Shown here one piece after another: positions 13,303 through 32,800 of a stretch of 64,000 bases of DNA. The stretch's first letter is position 1. Every line of letters starts with the position of its first letter. This DNA comes from Malacoraja senta. Taxonomy: Eukaryota. The translations under genes and the position numbers were made by a program. The DNA lies in assembly GCA_038087875.1 (NCBI GenBank), contig CM075987.1, positions 23,004,001 through 23,068,000 on the forward strand, in the 5' to 3' direction. The notes beneath the pieces were generated by a model. That model saw only the letters and a list, made by a program, of their open reading frames with translations. It was not told where the DNA came from and made no database searches.

Positions 13303-15886
13303 TCCTCACTTGTTTCCCTGCACGGACAAAATTCACAATACGCAAGCAGCATGTTATTAAAACATTTTCAACACCTTCTCTGCTACAGTTGTTGTTCAGT
13401 TCAACAGGAGTGGCTTTCCCCTAATGGATACAAAGTGCTGGAGTAACAGGTCAGGCAGCATCTCTGGAGAAAATGGATAAGTGACATGGCGAGGACTCCT
13501 TCCCGTAGAAAAAAAGGCCCGGTGGTGGAGGAAGAACTCTACATCATGGCAGGCCTGGAACTCGCAGAGGTGGGGGAAAGAGGGGCACATAGGCAAGGCC
13601 TCTGTTGAGGACAAACCGTTCTGTATCAGAAAGAGGGAGGTTAGGGGAAAAGGGTGAGGGCTGGGGATCTGAGGGGTGGAGGGAGACTTGGTCAAGGTAG
13701 TGCAGGGGGGAAGAATGATGGAGGCTGAGAGGGGAGGTGGTTTCTCTGGCATTCCCCTAACGTTTAATTTGGTATCACAGTTCCTGTATAGCCCTGATCC
13801 AGATCTGATGACAATAGTGCATTGTTCACAGCAATACTCTAAAGTTGGTGGATTTGATGAGACTTCTTCAAAAGGGCAAAAGTTGAGTTCTAGTCCTGAT
13901 GATTGAACATAGACTGCTGAGGGTTCTTTCACAGCATTAAACTACGGTGGCTTTGCCCAGTCAGGTGGATATAGACAATCTGACTGTACTATTTGACGAT
14001 AGTTACCTCAACCAGCTTCACTATGAACACGTTGGTTTTATCACAGCGAGGTTTGTGGGAACTTGCTAAAAACAAATGGCTGTCATGTTACTAGATTGGA
14101 CTTGCCTCAAATGTACTTAATAGCTTATAAAGTGCATTGGGACAGTATAATATCTTGAAAGGTGTTGTACAAGTGCATGTTTCTATTGGAAAGAGGAAAA
14201 ATAGTTAGGAAACACACAGAAAATGAGGAGGGGTACCAATTGAGGGTTGCGTTATTTTCTAGTGTGTTTAACAGTCTCAGAATACTCTAAAGTGCTTTAA
14301 CATCCAACAAAATACATTTTAAAGTGCTTCAAACAAACCCCCACGGAAAAAATGTTACAAGAGTCAGTTTTAAGTACTGATTGAGGTTCAAGGCAGCAGG
14401 GATAATAACTTTTTGCACAATGACGCCATGGAATTTTTTTAATGGGACGTTGAATATCTGAAATAAAGAGATAAATTACTGGAAAACATCAACAGACTGG
14501 GTAACATTTGTGGAAAGAGAAACAGGCTTAACATTTAAGATCCTAGACCCGTTGTAGGGGAGCATCAGCAGAAGATTGTGTTTGTGCTTCTACAGGACCC
14601 TGGAGACCTTAAATATCAAAACAGATCCTTTGCTCCACCAAGCCCACACCAACAAGCACCCACCCATCATCCCATTAATCTATTTTATTATCCCCACATT
14701 CCCATTAACTCCCCCAAGATTTTACCACTCACCTACACACTACGGGCAATTTACAGTGGCCAACAAACCTAACAATCCACATGCCCGTGGGATGAGGGGG
14801 GAAACAGGAACATTCGGAGAAAACCCACATTGTCAAGGGGAGAGCGTGCAAACACCACTTAGTCTGAGGGTCTTGACCTGAAACGTTACCTGCTCAATCC
14901 CTCCACAGATGCTGCCTGACCTGCTGAGTTCATCCAGCACTTTGTGCTTTGCTCAACATTCCATCATCTGCAGTTCCTTGTGTCCCAGTTTAGTCTTCAC
15001 CATTCCAAATCAGAGTCAAGAGTTGTACATCACTAAGCTGCCATTGAGGCAGCCAAAGACTGCAATTCAGTCTCTGGATGTAGTGCCCATCTTAGACTGG
15101 ACACCCAACCATTGATTCCATTACACTGCCTTGGGAAAACAGCCAACATAATGGAGGACCTTTCCCATCCCAGCCATTCCTTCTCCCAGCTCCAGTCAGA
15201 CAGAAGCTTGAAAGCACAGGCCACCAGACCCAGGAACGGTCTCGACCCAAAACGTCACCATTCCTTCTATCCAGAGATGCTGCTTGTCCTGCTGAGTTAA
15301 TCCAGCATTTTGTGTCTATCTCCAGGAACAGCTTCTTCCTCTTTGTTATTACACTTTTGAACGGTCCTTCCATAAACTAGGGTTATTCCATTCACCAACC
15401 TACCTCATTTCGGACATTGGACTTTTGTCTCTGGAACTGCTGCACTACAATGCTGAGAACGACATTCTGCACTCTGCAGCTTTCTCTTCGCTCTCCCAAT
15501 CGTGCTTGAGTTTGGTTTGATTGTATTTATGTGCAATGTTATCTGATTTGATTGCGCGGCATGCAAAACAAAGCTTTTAACCTTGCCTCCGCACACGTGC
15601 ACACAGAACTTGTATCTCTTGTTCTGTATTACGCTTAGCGGCTTACATGTTCTGTTGTGCTGCAGCAAGCAAGAATTTAATTGTCCTATCTAGGACACAT
15701 GACAATAAAACTCTCTTGACTCTTGTCTTAAATCCATCCCCCATTTCGTCCCTCCCATCCCGCACAGGTTCAGAAGCGGATCTCTGACCTCCAACACCGG
15801 TTAGGATCACCCGCCTTTGCCCCACGTTTACCCCCCTGCTCGGTGGGGAACACCTTGCGGCCTTCACCACCCCTCACCCTCAGAAC

Positions 15887-15918
15887 CAAAGATACTAGAG
15901 GATCCTCTAGTATCTTTG
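15887..15918. mobile_element. 32-bp palindromic mini-element (hAT-like) with 8-bp TSD CTCAGAAC
   Basis: CAAAGATACTAGAGG-AT-CCTCTAGTATCTTTG, flanked by ctcagaac at 15879-15886 and 15919-15926. Confidence 0.75.
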
Positions 15919-15933
15919 CTCAGAACAACTCAC

Positions 15934-16150
15934 CTCAGGCCGCGGCCACGGTGCTCCCCCAACCCCGGTCCCTGCTGCCCTACAGCCCGCCTCCTGACGA
16001 GGCCGATTGGAGTTGGGGCCCGAACGGATCGCTTTCACTGTGGCGAGCCGAGCTGTCCGTTAAAAGTGAGCGCCATTTTGATAATAAGTGTGCGCCATGT
16101 TGGTGAGGTCTTGCCTCTTGATAAGGTCGCGCCATGTTGGTGAGGTCTTT
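15934..16150 (-). promoter_or_regulatory. MED22: Putative MED22 promoter and non-coding first exon (small CpG island; donor GAG|gtgagt at 15934/15933) with three YY1-like CGCCATNTT motifs
   Basis: CpG-rich patch upstream of the acceptor at 13318. Motifs cgccattttg (16071), cgccatgttg (about 16093) and cgccatgttg (about 16130). Confidence 0.6.
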
Positions 16151-17567
16151 CCATCTCCATAGAGATGTGGCGGGAGGAACTGCAGATGCTGGTTTACACC
16201 GAAGACAGACACAAAATGCTGGAGTAACTCAGCAGGACAGGTAGCATCAAATGAAGAAGGGTCTCGACCCGAAACATCACCTACATCATTTCTCCAGAGA
16301 TGCTGTGTGACCCGCTGAGTTACTCCGACGTTTTGTGTCCATCTAGCATCAAATGACAGACAGGCAGCAAATAGACAAATGCAAAATACAAAATCAAAAA
16401 TTGTTGCGGAAAGGAAAGAAAAATGTAATAGTCTTCATATCGCTTGAATATTATGCAAAAGCAAAGCAATTTTAAAGTGTAATTATTGTATTGGTAGGCT
16501 CTAATTCTAGCTATGGTTTGGAGGATAGCAAACAGCAGGAGGAATTAATGCATCCACAAGTTCATGTTATGACTTAAAATTCAAGTAGTGAAATATAAAT
16601 ATGTATCAGAATAGAACAGTGAATAGAACCATGATAATGAATTCTATAATGACATCTTAATATTTGTTGGAGACCATCTAGCTGACAGCTTACCATAAGA
16701 AACAAATGAATGACAAAATGAGGTTGTATTTTATGCTATTTTATTATAATTCTACAAAGTAATGACAGGTTTTGTAATAACAAACTCTATCCATAGACTT
16801 AAGCAGACAAGAATGACAAAAATCAGTCGAGACTTACAATCCTTATTTACAATTTGCCTGATAATTATAGTGATACAAACTGGCAATCTTTTTTTCATTT
16901 CAGAGAAACTTAGAAAATTCAGTTTAGAACTGAACTGCTCTATCTTAATTTCTTCCTTTTTCAGAATAATGTCAGACAATATTGAACAAGCTAATCTGCT
17001 ACACAATATCTTCCTGTGAATGAGCTTTAAAAGCTGTCTTTATTTCTGAAGGAACAATTCAATACACTTAGAAAAATATATATCTTTGGCTTGCATGTTT
17101 TACTTCATAATTCTTCTCAGACATCGATGAGGTCTGCTGGCTCCAAGCCTTTGTTCAAACCATTTACATACGTGAACACATGGACACGTCTTTAATAGAC
17201 CTGGCAAAGGTGGTAAGTTGTCCAGTGCTGCTGTCTGTGAGATGTAGCTGCTCCACAATGATGAAGTATTGGCAGGATATTTCCAGTCAGGATACTGTAT
17301 GACTTGTGGAAGCGAACTACAATTTGGTATTTTCATGCACATGCTACCCTTATCCTTTCTGGAATAGACAGGCTTTTGAACCTCTTGCTAATGCAGATCA
17401 TATGGACTACAGGCTTAATGTGTCATCCGCAGTCGTTTAAGCTTATTGGTGGACAATGTCATACTTTGTGGAATTTCCCTCAGATCAGCTGAACTCAAAT
17501 AAAGAGGTAATTCCAGGGACCCCAGTGATTTTCTCCTTCACCAAAACTTTCTATGTTGGCAACAGTA

Positions 17568-19907
17568 TCAGGATTTAGGTTGATCTCCAGAGCACAGGTG
17601 GTCCTTAGAAATGTCTCCCTCAGCTGAATCTCCAGGTTTATCACTGTTAACATCTGTCATAATTTCCAGAGAGCCATCGCCAATCACTCGATGAACCTTT
17701 TCTCCTCTTGCAGCCAATATTTCTTCGATATTCCTGATTAGCAAAAGAGTAAAATTTAAATGGTGCCTTAACAATCAAAGAAACTTCAAGTGGGGTTAGA
17801 AGGTGAAGGACAATTGAGCCACATTTGAGTTCAGATATTTAAAAGCTATACTCTAATTTTATATTTAACAGTTAACTGAAAACTTGGGTTGCAGAACAGA
17901 GTGAAGCAGGATTTTCTCTGCAGTTCAGCTTGAGGAGTTCAGCTTCAGTTCAGCATTGTAGCGTACCAGTTCCAGAGAAAAAGTCCAATGTCTGCAATGA
18001 GGTAGTTGAGAGAAATAGGGAAGGTTATGGCCTTATCAAAGTCTACTTATAGTTGACAATAAGTAGAAATACAGACAAGGTTACTTGAAAACAGTTAAAC
18101 TGAACATACCCAGATGATTTTGTGCAAATCTGGTCATTGTATTTCAATCACTCCTGGCTATTTTTGTTTTACAGTTCATCACTATCCCATTTAGGAAAAA
18201 GAAGTAACAGAAGAAAACTTTGCAATTGATGGAGAGTGAAGATGCCAATATTGAGTCCCACTAATTTGCTGAAATTGTATGTAAAATTACACCATTTTAA
18301 CCAAACAACAGGGAACTTACTTTTTTCCTTCTAGGTCTGAAAACCATCCCAAATTGTCTGCTATAATATGATGATTGCTGCACCCAGGACACTTTACGAT
18401 AACCACTCCATTGTGATAAGCAAGCTTGGAAATCCTCTTTGCAGATCTTGCATTGCACACCTGAAACAAGATAAAATACCCCTGCATTGTTAACAGGAAA
18501 TGCCCAAGTCACCGCTTACATTGTCTTGATGCCTGGTTCTATTTTCCATTTCTATACTTGACAGCAAACCTGTCTTCCCACACACAACCACCCCTTCCCC
18601 TCATCATGTGCTCTTTTTCAAATAAACACTGGATATTGAACAGTGGACATTCGACCTCTAATTGCTCTGTATAAACTCAGAGGTTAAAGAAGAATTTCCC
18701 CATATCCCCACAAATGTCCCCATATTTTAATGTAGCTCACAACACATAGAGTCGTTGTGGGTATTGCAGTGGTGCAGATAGTAGATCTGCTGCCTCACAG
18801 CACAACAGCCAAGATTCAATCTGACCTACAGTGCCTGTATGTATGGAGTTGCATGTTCTCCTGGTGACCACATGGGTTTCGTCTGACTGATCCCGTTTCC
18901 TCCCACATCCCCAAAACACAGAGGTTGGTAGAATAATTGACCACTGAAAATTGCCCCTTGTGTGTACAGATGAGTGGTAGAACAGAGGAAGGGATTCACA
19001 GAAAAGATTTTGTTAGGATTAGTGTATGTTCAATGGTATAAACGATGTGCCAAATAGCTTGTTTCCATGTTGTAACTTTCTATGATGAGTCTTCCCTGGC
19101 TCTCAAAGTATTCCAATCAAACCCAGTAGAGTTGCTGCCTTACAGTGCCAGAGACCCAGGTTCACTCACAACCTCAAGTGGTGTCTGTGTGGAGTTTGCA
19201 TGTTCTCTCTGCGACGACGTGAGTTTCTTCTGGATGTTCCGTTTCCTCCCATTTCCCAAGATTTGTGGATTTCTAGCTTGATCGACCTCTGTAAAATTTG
19301 CCTTAGTGTGTAAGCAGTGGATGCGAGAGTGGGATAACATAACACTCATGACTGGTGGTCAGCGTGGACCTTTTCACTGTATCTAAGTGCAGGTGGCAAT
19401 AATTAACCAATATCTGCACATCTTTCCAATTTGGAAGAGCACCATGCGATCACCTGGATAATCCTGTGCAAACTCCACACAGACAGCAACTAAGATCAGG
19501 ATGAAACCCTCCTTGCTGAGGCACCGGGTTAATATCTGCTTTCCCCCGCCTTCCAGGTTATTCTCTGGAGACAATAATTCATCCACACTAGTTGCAACCC
19601 CCTGGCTACAGCGAGAGAGTGAACAGCGGGGCCTCTTCACTGCCCTGCCCCCCCCCCCCCCCCCGGGTTAGTAGCTCACCTTGCAGGTGTAGACCAACTG
19701 ATAGTGTGTGGCCGAGGCCTGGGTTGCGCCCACGGAGGCCCGCTGTCCCCGGCCATTCCAGAGACCTCTGCACTGCACCGCGAACCGCCCACCTTCGTGA
19801 CCAGCACCGGCATGGAAAACCGGGCGCGGCCATCCGGAGGCCGCCGCCAGCAGCAGCCGAGCGGTCGCTGTCCTCCCGAAACGAGCAAACGTGAGGCCCA
19901 GGCTCAT
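17568..19907 (-). CDS. DNLZ: DNL-type zinc finger protein (mitochondrial Hsp70 escort, Hep1/Zim17/Tim15): exons 19907-19680, 18460-18321, 17733-17568; 177 aa
   Basis: Arg/Ala-rich presequence-like N-terminus, then [72 protein letters not shown]. Contains CxxC...CxxC and the DNL motif. GT-AG junctions are in phase. Confidence 0.95.
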
Positions 19908-20010
19908 CTCTTCCACGTAGGCCGCAGCTCGGTTGCTATGGAAACTCGAGCATGAGTCCGGCTCTGCGTCGCTTCCGGAAATCATCAGTCGAGTCACGTG
20001 GCACTGACCA
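19690..20010 (-). promoter_or_regulatory. DNLZ CpG island/promoter with ETS-like (CTTCCGGAA, about 19972) and E-box (GTCACGTGGC, about 19993) motifs
   Basis: High CpG density around exon 1; motifs are visible in the sequence. Confidence 0.55.
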
Positions 20011-21074
20011 AGGTACAATACCTCTGTTCAAATGCAAACATCGAGTAGAAAACTCATGTCAACATTAACTCAGTGGGTCAGGCAGCATCTCTGAAGAAGG
20101 GTCTCGATGTCACACATTCCTTCTCTCCAGAGATGCTGCAATGGTTTCCCTTTGGTTAGAAAAGAACCTGTCGCTCTGCAAGCCACAGACCAGCACTAAA
20201 TGTCGGAATTTGTCTTGTCCAACACATTAGATAGACACAAATAGCTGGAGTACCTGAGAGGGACAGGCAGCATCTCTGGCGAGAAGGAATGGGTCTCGTT
20301 TCGGGTCGAGACCTTTCTTAAAACATTGTCTTGCTCGGTTCCTCCCAAAGATGCTATAGGATCTTTGGTTCCTCCTGCTCCTGGGATTGAGAGGCTTATT
20401 CTCAAATAACAAAAGGATGCATCTCCCCAGGAGGCCACATGACTGGTAATGGTTAAGAAGGAACTGCAGATGCTGGAAAAATCGAAGGTAGATAAAAATG
20501 CTGGAGAAACTCAACGGGTGAGGCAGCATCTATGGAGTGAAGGAAAAGGTGATGTTTCAGGACGAGACCCTTCTTCAGACTCATGGTGCACTATGCACAA
20601 AAGCATTGTGCCAACACTGCCATGTGTAGGGGCAGTAACTACGATAGTGGTTTACACGGAAGATCGACACAATGCTGGATGAACTCATTGGGACAGACAG
20701 CATCTCTGGAGAAATGAATGGGTGACGTTTTGGGTCGAAACCCTTCATCAGACAGAGTCACGGGAGAGGGAGACTACAAATATAGATGAGTATGCTGTGA
20801 AAAGGACAGATCAAGGAAATGTAGAAAATTAATCAGGAGGTCAGTGAAACTAGTCAGAGAACTAGGGTGGGGGAGGGGCAGAGAGAAGGAAAGCAATGGT
20901 TACTTAAAATTAGAGAAATCAATAACCATACCGCTGGGTTGCAAGCTGCCCAAGCGAAATATGATGTGCAAAAGCACAATTAACAATGCACAATTCTGTC
21001 CTGCTGAGTTACTCCAGCATTTTGTGTCTATCTTCTGGTTTAAACCAGCAACTGCAGTTCCTTCCTACTACATT

Positions 21075-22085
21075 TGCTGGCAGACATGGAACAAAGAGTA
21101 GGGATTAACGGATCCCTTTCAGAATGGCAGGCAGTGACTGGTGGGATGTCACAAGGCTCTGTGCTGGGACCGCAGCTATTTACAATATACATTAATGATT
21201 TACATGAAGGAATTAAAAGTAACATTAGCAAATTTGCAGATGGCACAAAGCTGGGTGGCAATGTGAACTGTGAAATGGAGGCTACGAGGATGCAGGGTGA
21301 CTTGGACAGGTTGGGTAAGTGGGCAGATGCAGTATAATGTGGATACATGTGAGGTTATCCACTTTGGTGGCAAGAACAGGAAGGCAGATTATTATCTGAA
21401 TGGTGTGTCCTTGTACCTCAGTCACTGAAAGTAACCATGCAGGCAAAGCAGGCCTTCATAATGAGGAGTTGAGTATAGGAGCAAAGAAGTCCTTCTGCAG
21501 TTGTACAGGGCCCTGGTGAGACCACACCTGGAGTATTGTGTGCAGTTATGGTCTCCTAATTTGAGGAAGGACATTCTTGCTATTGAGGGAGTGCAGCGTA
21601 GGTTCACAAGATTAATTCCCGGGCTGGCGGGACTGTCATATGATGAAAGAATGGAGAGACTGGGCTTATATTCATTGGAATTTATAAGGATGAGAGGGGA
21701 TCTTAGAAACATATAAAATAATTAAGGGATTGGACACGCTAGATGCAGGAAACATGTTCCCGATGTTGTGGGAAGTCCAGGAACGGGGGCCACAGTTTAA
21801 GAATAAGCGATAGGCCATTTAGAACTGAGATGAGGAAAAACATTTTCACACAGAGAGTTGTGAATTTGTGGCATTCTCTGCCTCAGAAGGCTGTGGAGGC
21901 CGATTCACTGGATGCATTCAAAAGAGAGTTAGATAGGGCTCTTAAAGATAGCGGAGTCAGGGGATATGGGAGAAGGTAGGAACGGGGGACTGATTGGGGA
22001 TGATCAGCCATGATCACATTGAATGGCAGTGTTGGCTCAAAGGGCCGAATGGCCTACTCCTGCACGTATTGTCTCTATCTATGTA
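21075..22085 (+). mobile_element. CR1-type LINE 3' portion, degenerate, between the DNLZ and RPL7A promoters
   Basis: QGSVLGPQLFTIYINDL...KFADGTKL and YRALVRPHLEYCVQ.WSP peptides, broken by frameshifts. Confidence 0.9.
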
Positions 22086-22425
22086 CATTTCCTTGATCTT
22101 CATCTGCTTTGATCTGTCCTTTTCACACTAGTCTCCCCCTCTGCTGACACTCAGTCTGAAGAAGGGTCTCATCCCGAAATGTCACCTATTCCCTTTTCCC
22201 CATTTCCAGAGATGCTGAGTTACTCCAGCAGTGTGTGTCTATCTTCTGTGTAAACTTGCAGCATCTTTCCTGACGTCCTCTGAGCGAGGGCTATTCGTAT
22301 ATATGTATGTAGTTTGCTTGTGTATACTATTCTTATAACGAATGTAAAGCACTTTGGTCAACGAGAGTTGTTTTTTAAATGTGCTATATAAATAAATGTG
22401 AAATGTGAGCATCTGCAGTTCCACC

Positions 22426-22459
22426 CAAAGATACTAGAGGAGCTCCTCTAGTGTCTTTG
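22426..22459. mobile_element. 34-bp palindromic mini-element (same family as 15887-15918) with 8-bp TSD GTTCCACC
   Basis: CAAAGATACTAGAGG-AGCT-CCTCTAGTGTCTTTG, flanked by gttccacc at 22418-22425 and 22460-22467. Confidence 0.75.
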
Positions 22460-22589
22460 GTTCCACCCTGCAGTTCCAGTGAGGTTCCAGTGAGGGCGCG
22501 GTCCCTTTAAATTGAAGCCACGTGTGAACTGGCGCGGGTATTACCGGGCATGCGCGACTTCTACGCCCTCTTTCTATGTCCCCGCCGCC

Positions 22590-29222
<6,633 letters not shown>

Positions 29223-29805
29223 AGCTTGTTAACTCTACCCATTGTACATAAATTAAAAAAACTTGTGTTAGTTTTCCTGCGTACGTTGTGCATTAAGACA
29301 GTGCCTGGTTGAATTGGTCTTGAGACTACAACAGCCTACAGACAATATGTTCAGTTTCCTCTATAGCATCTGGTTAATGGTTAGATGAGTGGCATGTTGT
29401 TGTATTTCACACACAACTGGTAACTTCCCTTTATTAACCAGCTCCATACATCCCTTCCATGGAGTCTGTACTATAATCACTGACTGGTGATCAGGTAGCC
29501 TATGCTGCTTGAGTCATCTTGTAACTTAAGCTGTGTAATGCAGTAGAAGGAATGTCCTTCAAGCTCTCCACATCAATCACCACCTGCTGATCTATGATGG
29601 AGTGATTCTCACAGTTGCTTCTTTAGCCACCAAGAACCCAGCAAACCAGAGTGGAAATCAATGTCAATGCAGGACAACTGAAGAAATTATATATTATAAC
29701 AGGTTGTAGTTAATTTTAATGGAAAATTTACATCATGATCCATGGAAAAACAGGAAGATAATAAAATTTCAGAAGATCCGCCATTATACTTTAATCAACT
29801 GGTCT

Positions 29806-32800
29806 CTACGCAGGGATTTTCCGTATGAACTTCTGGAACCACATATAGGACGTAGCTGCACAAAGTCCATACCTGTCCAAGAAAAACAATCCATTGTATA
29901 TGGTTACTATGACCTAATGGATCACTAACAATTACCAGCATTTTGATGGCATAGACAGAATGTTTGCTGGAAAGAGCAAATTTAAACACCAAAGGTACAC
30001 AAAAATGCTGGAGAAACTCAGCGGGTGCAGCAGCATCTATGGAGCGAAGGAAATAGGTAACGTTTCGGGCCGAAACCCTTCTTCAGACTGATAGGGGGTG
30101 GGGAGAAGAAAGGAAAAAAGGAAAAGGAGGAGGAGGAGCCCGAGGGTTGGGGGAGGGGAGGAGACAACCAGAGGGCTGATGAAGGGGAGGGGACAGCCAG
30201 GGCTAGCAGAATTGGGAGAATTCAACGTTCAGGCCACCAGGGTGTAGACTGCCCAAGCGGAATATGAGGTGCATTTCCTCCAATTTACGGTGTTGCTCGC
30301 TGTGGCCATGGAGGAGACCCAGGACAGAGAGGTCAGATACGGAATGGGAGGGGGAGTTGAAGTGCTGAGCCACCGGGAGTTCAGGTTGGTTATTGCGGAC
30401 CGACCGGAGGTGTTCGGCGAAACGATCGCCAAGCCTCCGCTTGGTCTCACCGATGTAGATCAGCTGGCATCTAGAGCAGCGAATGCAATAGATGGGGTTG
30501 GAGGAGATGCAGGTGAACCTCTGTCGCACCTGGAACGACTGCTTGGGTCCTGGAATGGAGTGGAGGGGGGAAGTGAAGGGACAAGTGTTGCATCTCTTGC
30601 GGTTGCAAGGGAAAGTACCAGGGGAGGGGGTGGTATGGGAGGGAAGGGAAGAATTGACAAGGGAGTTACGGAGGGAGCGGTCTTTGCGGAAGGCAGACAT
30701 AAGGGGAGATGGGAAGATGTGGCGAGTGGTGGGGTCACGTTGGAGGTGGCGAAACTGACGGAGGATCACTTGTTGTATGTGACGGCTGGTGGGGTGAAAG
30801 GTGAGGACTAGGGGGACTCTGCCTTTGTTGTGAGTGGGGGGATGGGGAGAGAGAGCAGTGTTGCGGGGTATGGCAGAGACCCTGGTGCGAGCCTCATCTA
30901 TGGTGGAGGAGGGGAACCCCCGTTCCCTGAAGAATGAGGACATTTCAGATGCCCTGGTGTGGAACGCCTCATCCTGGGAGCAGATGCGGCGTAGACGGAG
31001 GAATTGGGAGTGGGGGATGGAGTCCTTACAGGAAGCAGGGTGGGAAGAAGTGTAGTCCAGATAGCCATGGGAGTCGGTAGGTTTGTAGTGGATGTCGGTA
31101 AGGAGTCTATCACCTGCGATGGAGATAGTGAGGTCAAGGAATGGTAGGGAAGTGTCGGAAATGGTCCAGGTGTATTTAAGTGCCGGATGGAAGTTGGTGG
31201 TGAAGCGGATGAAGTCAGTCAGTTGTGTGTGGGTGCAGGATGTGGCACCAAAACAATCATCGATGTAGCGGAGGTAGAGGTCGGGGATGGGGCCCTGGTA
31301 CGCATTGAACAGGGATTGTTCTACGTACCCGACAAAGAGGCAGGCGTAGCTGGGGCCCATGCGTGTGCCCATAGCTACGCCTTGTATTTGGAGGAAATGG
31401 GAGGAGTCGAATGAAAAGTTATTAAGTGTAAGTACCAGCTCCGCTAGGCGGAGGAGGGTGTCAGTGGCCGGGTATAGATTGCTTCTCCGGTCGAGGAAAA
31501 AACGGAGGGCTTTGAGACCATCCTGGTGGGGGATGGAGGTGTACAGTGACTGGACGTCCATGGTGAAGATGAGGGGGTGAGGGCCTAGAGAGTGGAATGC
31601 GCGGAGATGACGGAGAGTGTCTGAGGTGTCTTGAACATAGGTGGGGAGGGATTTAACCAAGGGGGATAGTATGGAGTCGAGGTAGGTGGAGATGAGTTCG
31701 GTGGGGCAAGAACAGGCAGAGACAATGGGTCTACCGGGACAGTCAGGTTTGTGGATTTTGGGGAGAAGGTAAAAGCGGGCTGTGCGGGGCTGGGGAACGA
31801 TGAGGTTGGAGGCTCGTTCGGGCAGGGCGTGGGAGTGGATGAAGTTGGTGATGGTGCTGGAGATGGTGGCCTGGTGCTCGTCAGTGGGGTCATGGTCCAG
31901 GGGTAAGTAGGAAGAGGTGTCCGAGAGTTGGCGCGTGGCCTCAGCTTTGTAGAGGTCGACGCGCCAGACTACCACGGCACCTCCCTTGTCGGCGGGTTTG
32001 ATAACCCAATCTAGGTTGTTGCGGAGTGAGTCGATGGCAGTGCGTTCAAGGGGGAGAGATTGGAGTGAGACAGGGGAGTGGAGAAGTTGAGGCGGTGGAT
32101 GTCACGGCGGCAGTTTTTAATAAAGAGTTCTAAAGCCGGAAGGCTGCGAGGGGGGTTCCATGAGGATGGGGTGCGTTGGAGACGGGAAAAGGGGTCATCA
32201 GTGGGGAGCGAGGACTGCTTCCCATGGAAGTGAGCTGTGAGGCGGAGGCCTCATTTAAACACCAGTTAGCCAATAGAGAACCCAGTAGTTTACTTTTTCT
32301 CCTGTGACTTCACAAGAATAATGTGCATTTAAAAGTTGAGCAGGAGAACAAGTAAAAGAAACACAATTGAGGTGGTGTGTATTGAACATGAATCTGCCGT
32401 ACAGGACTGGAATCATGTTCAACTTAGCTGCTCAAACTGTAGCACTAATTAAGATGTGAGTATGCCCTGCACTATTACCCATTGTTAGTATCATTGGTAT
32501 TGAGTTATTTTGTCACATCTATCGAGACACAGTAGAAAAAACAGTTTTGCATGTTATCCAGGGAAAACCATACAATAAACAAATACATAGGCAGTGCAAA
32601 AGAATAAATAAAGAGAACGTTCAGATTTAAAGTGCACTGTCCTTAAGGTCATTTGGAAGATCTGGAATTCATCCCTTGCACATGAGGGCTGTGCAAGATA
32701 ATAGTGGATGGTGGGAAATGGGCTGTCAAAAAATGACAACTGGTCTACCCAGCCTGTGCTTATGGCCGCAGCATCACACCTGCTTAGTTCTGTAACCACT

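Noticed and set aside
19592..20018. Alternative ORFs and an upstream in-frame start for DNLZ
   Set aside because: CpG-island shadows. The ATG at 19907 gives a presequence-like N-terminus and a typical length.
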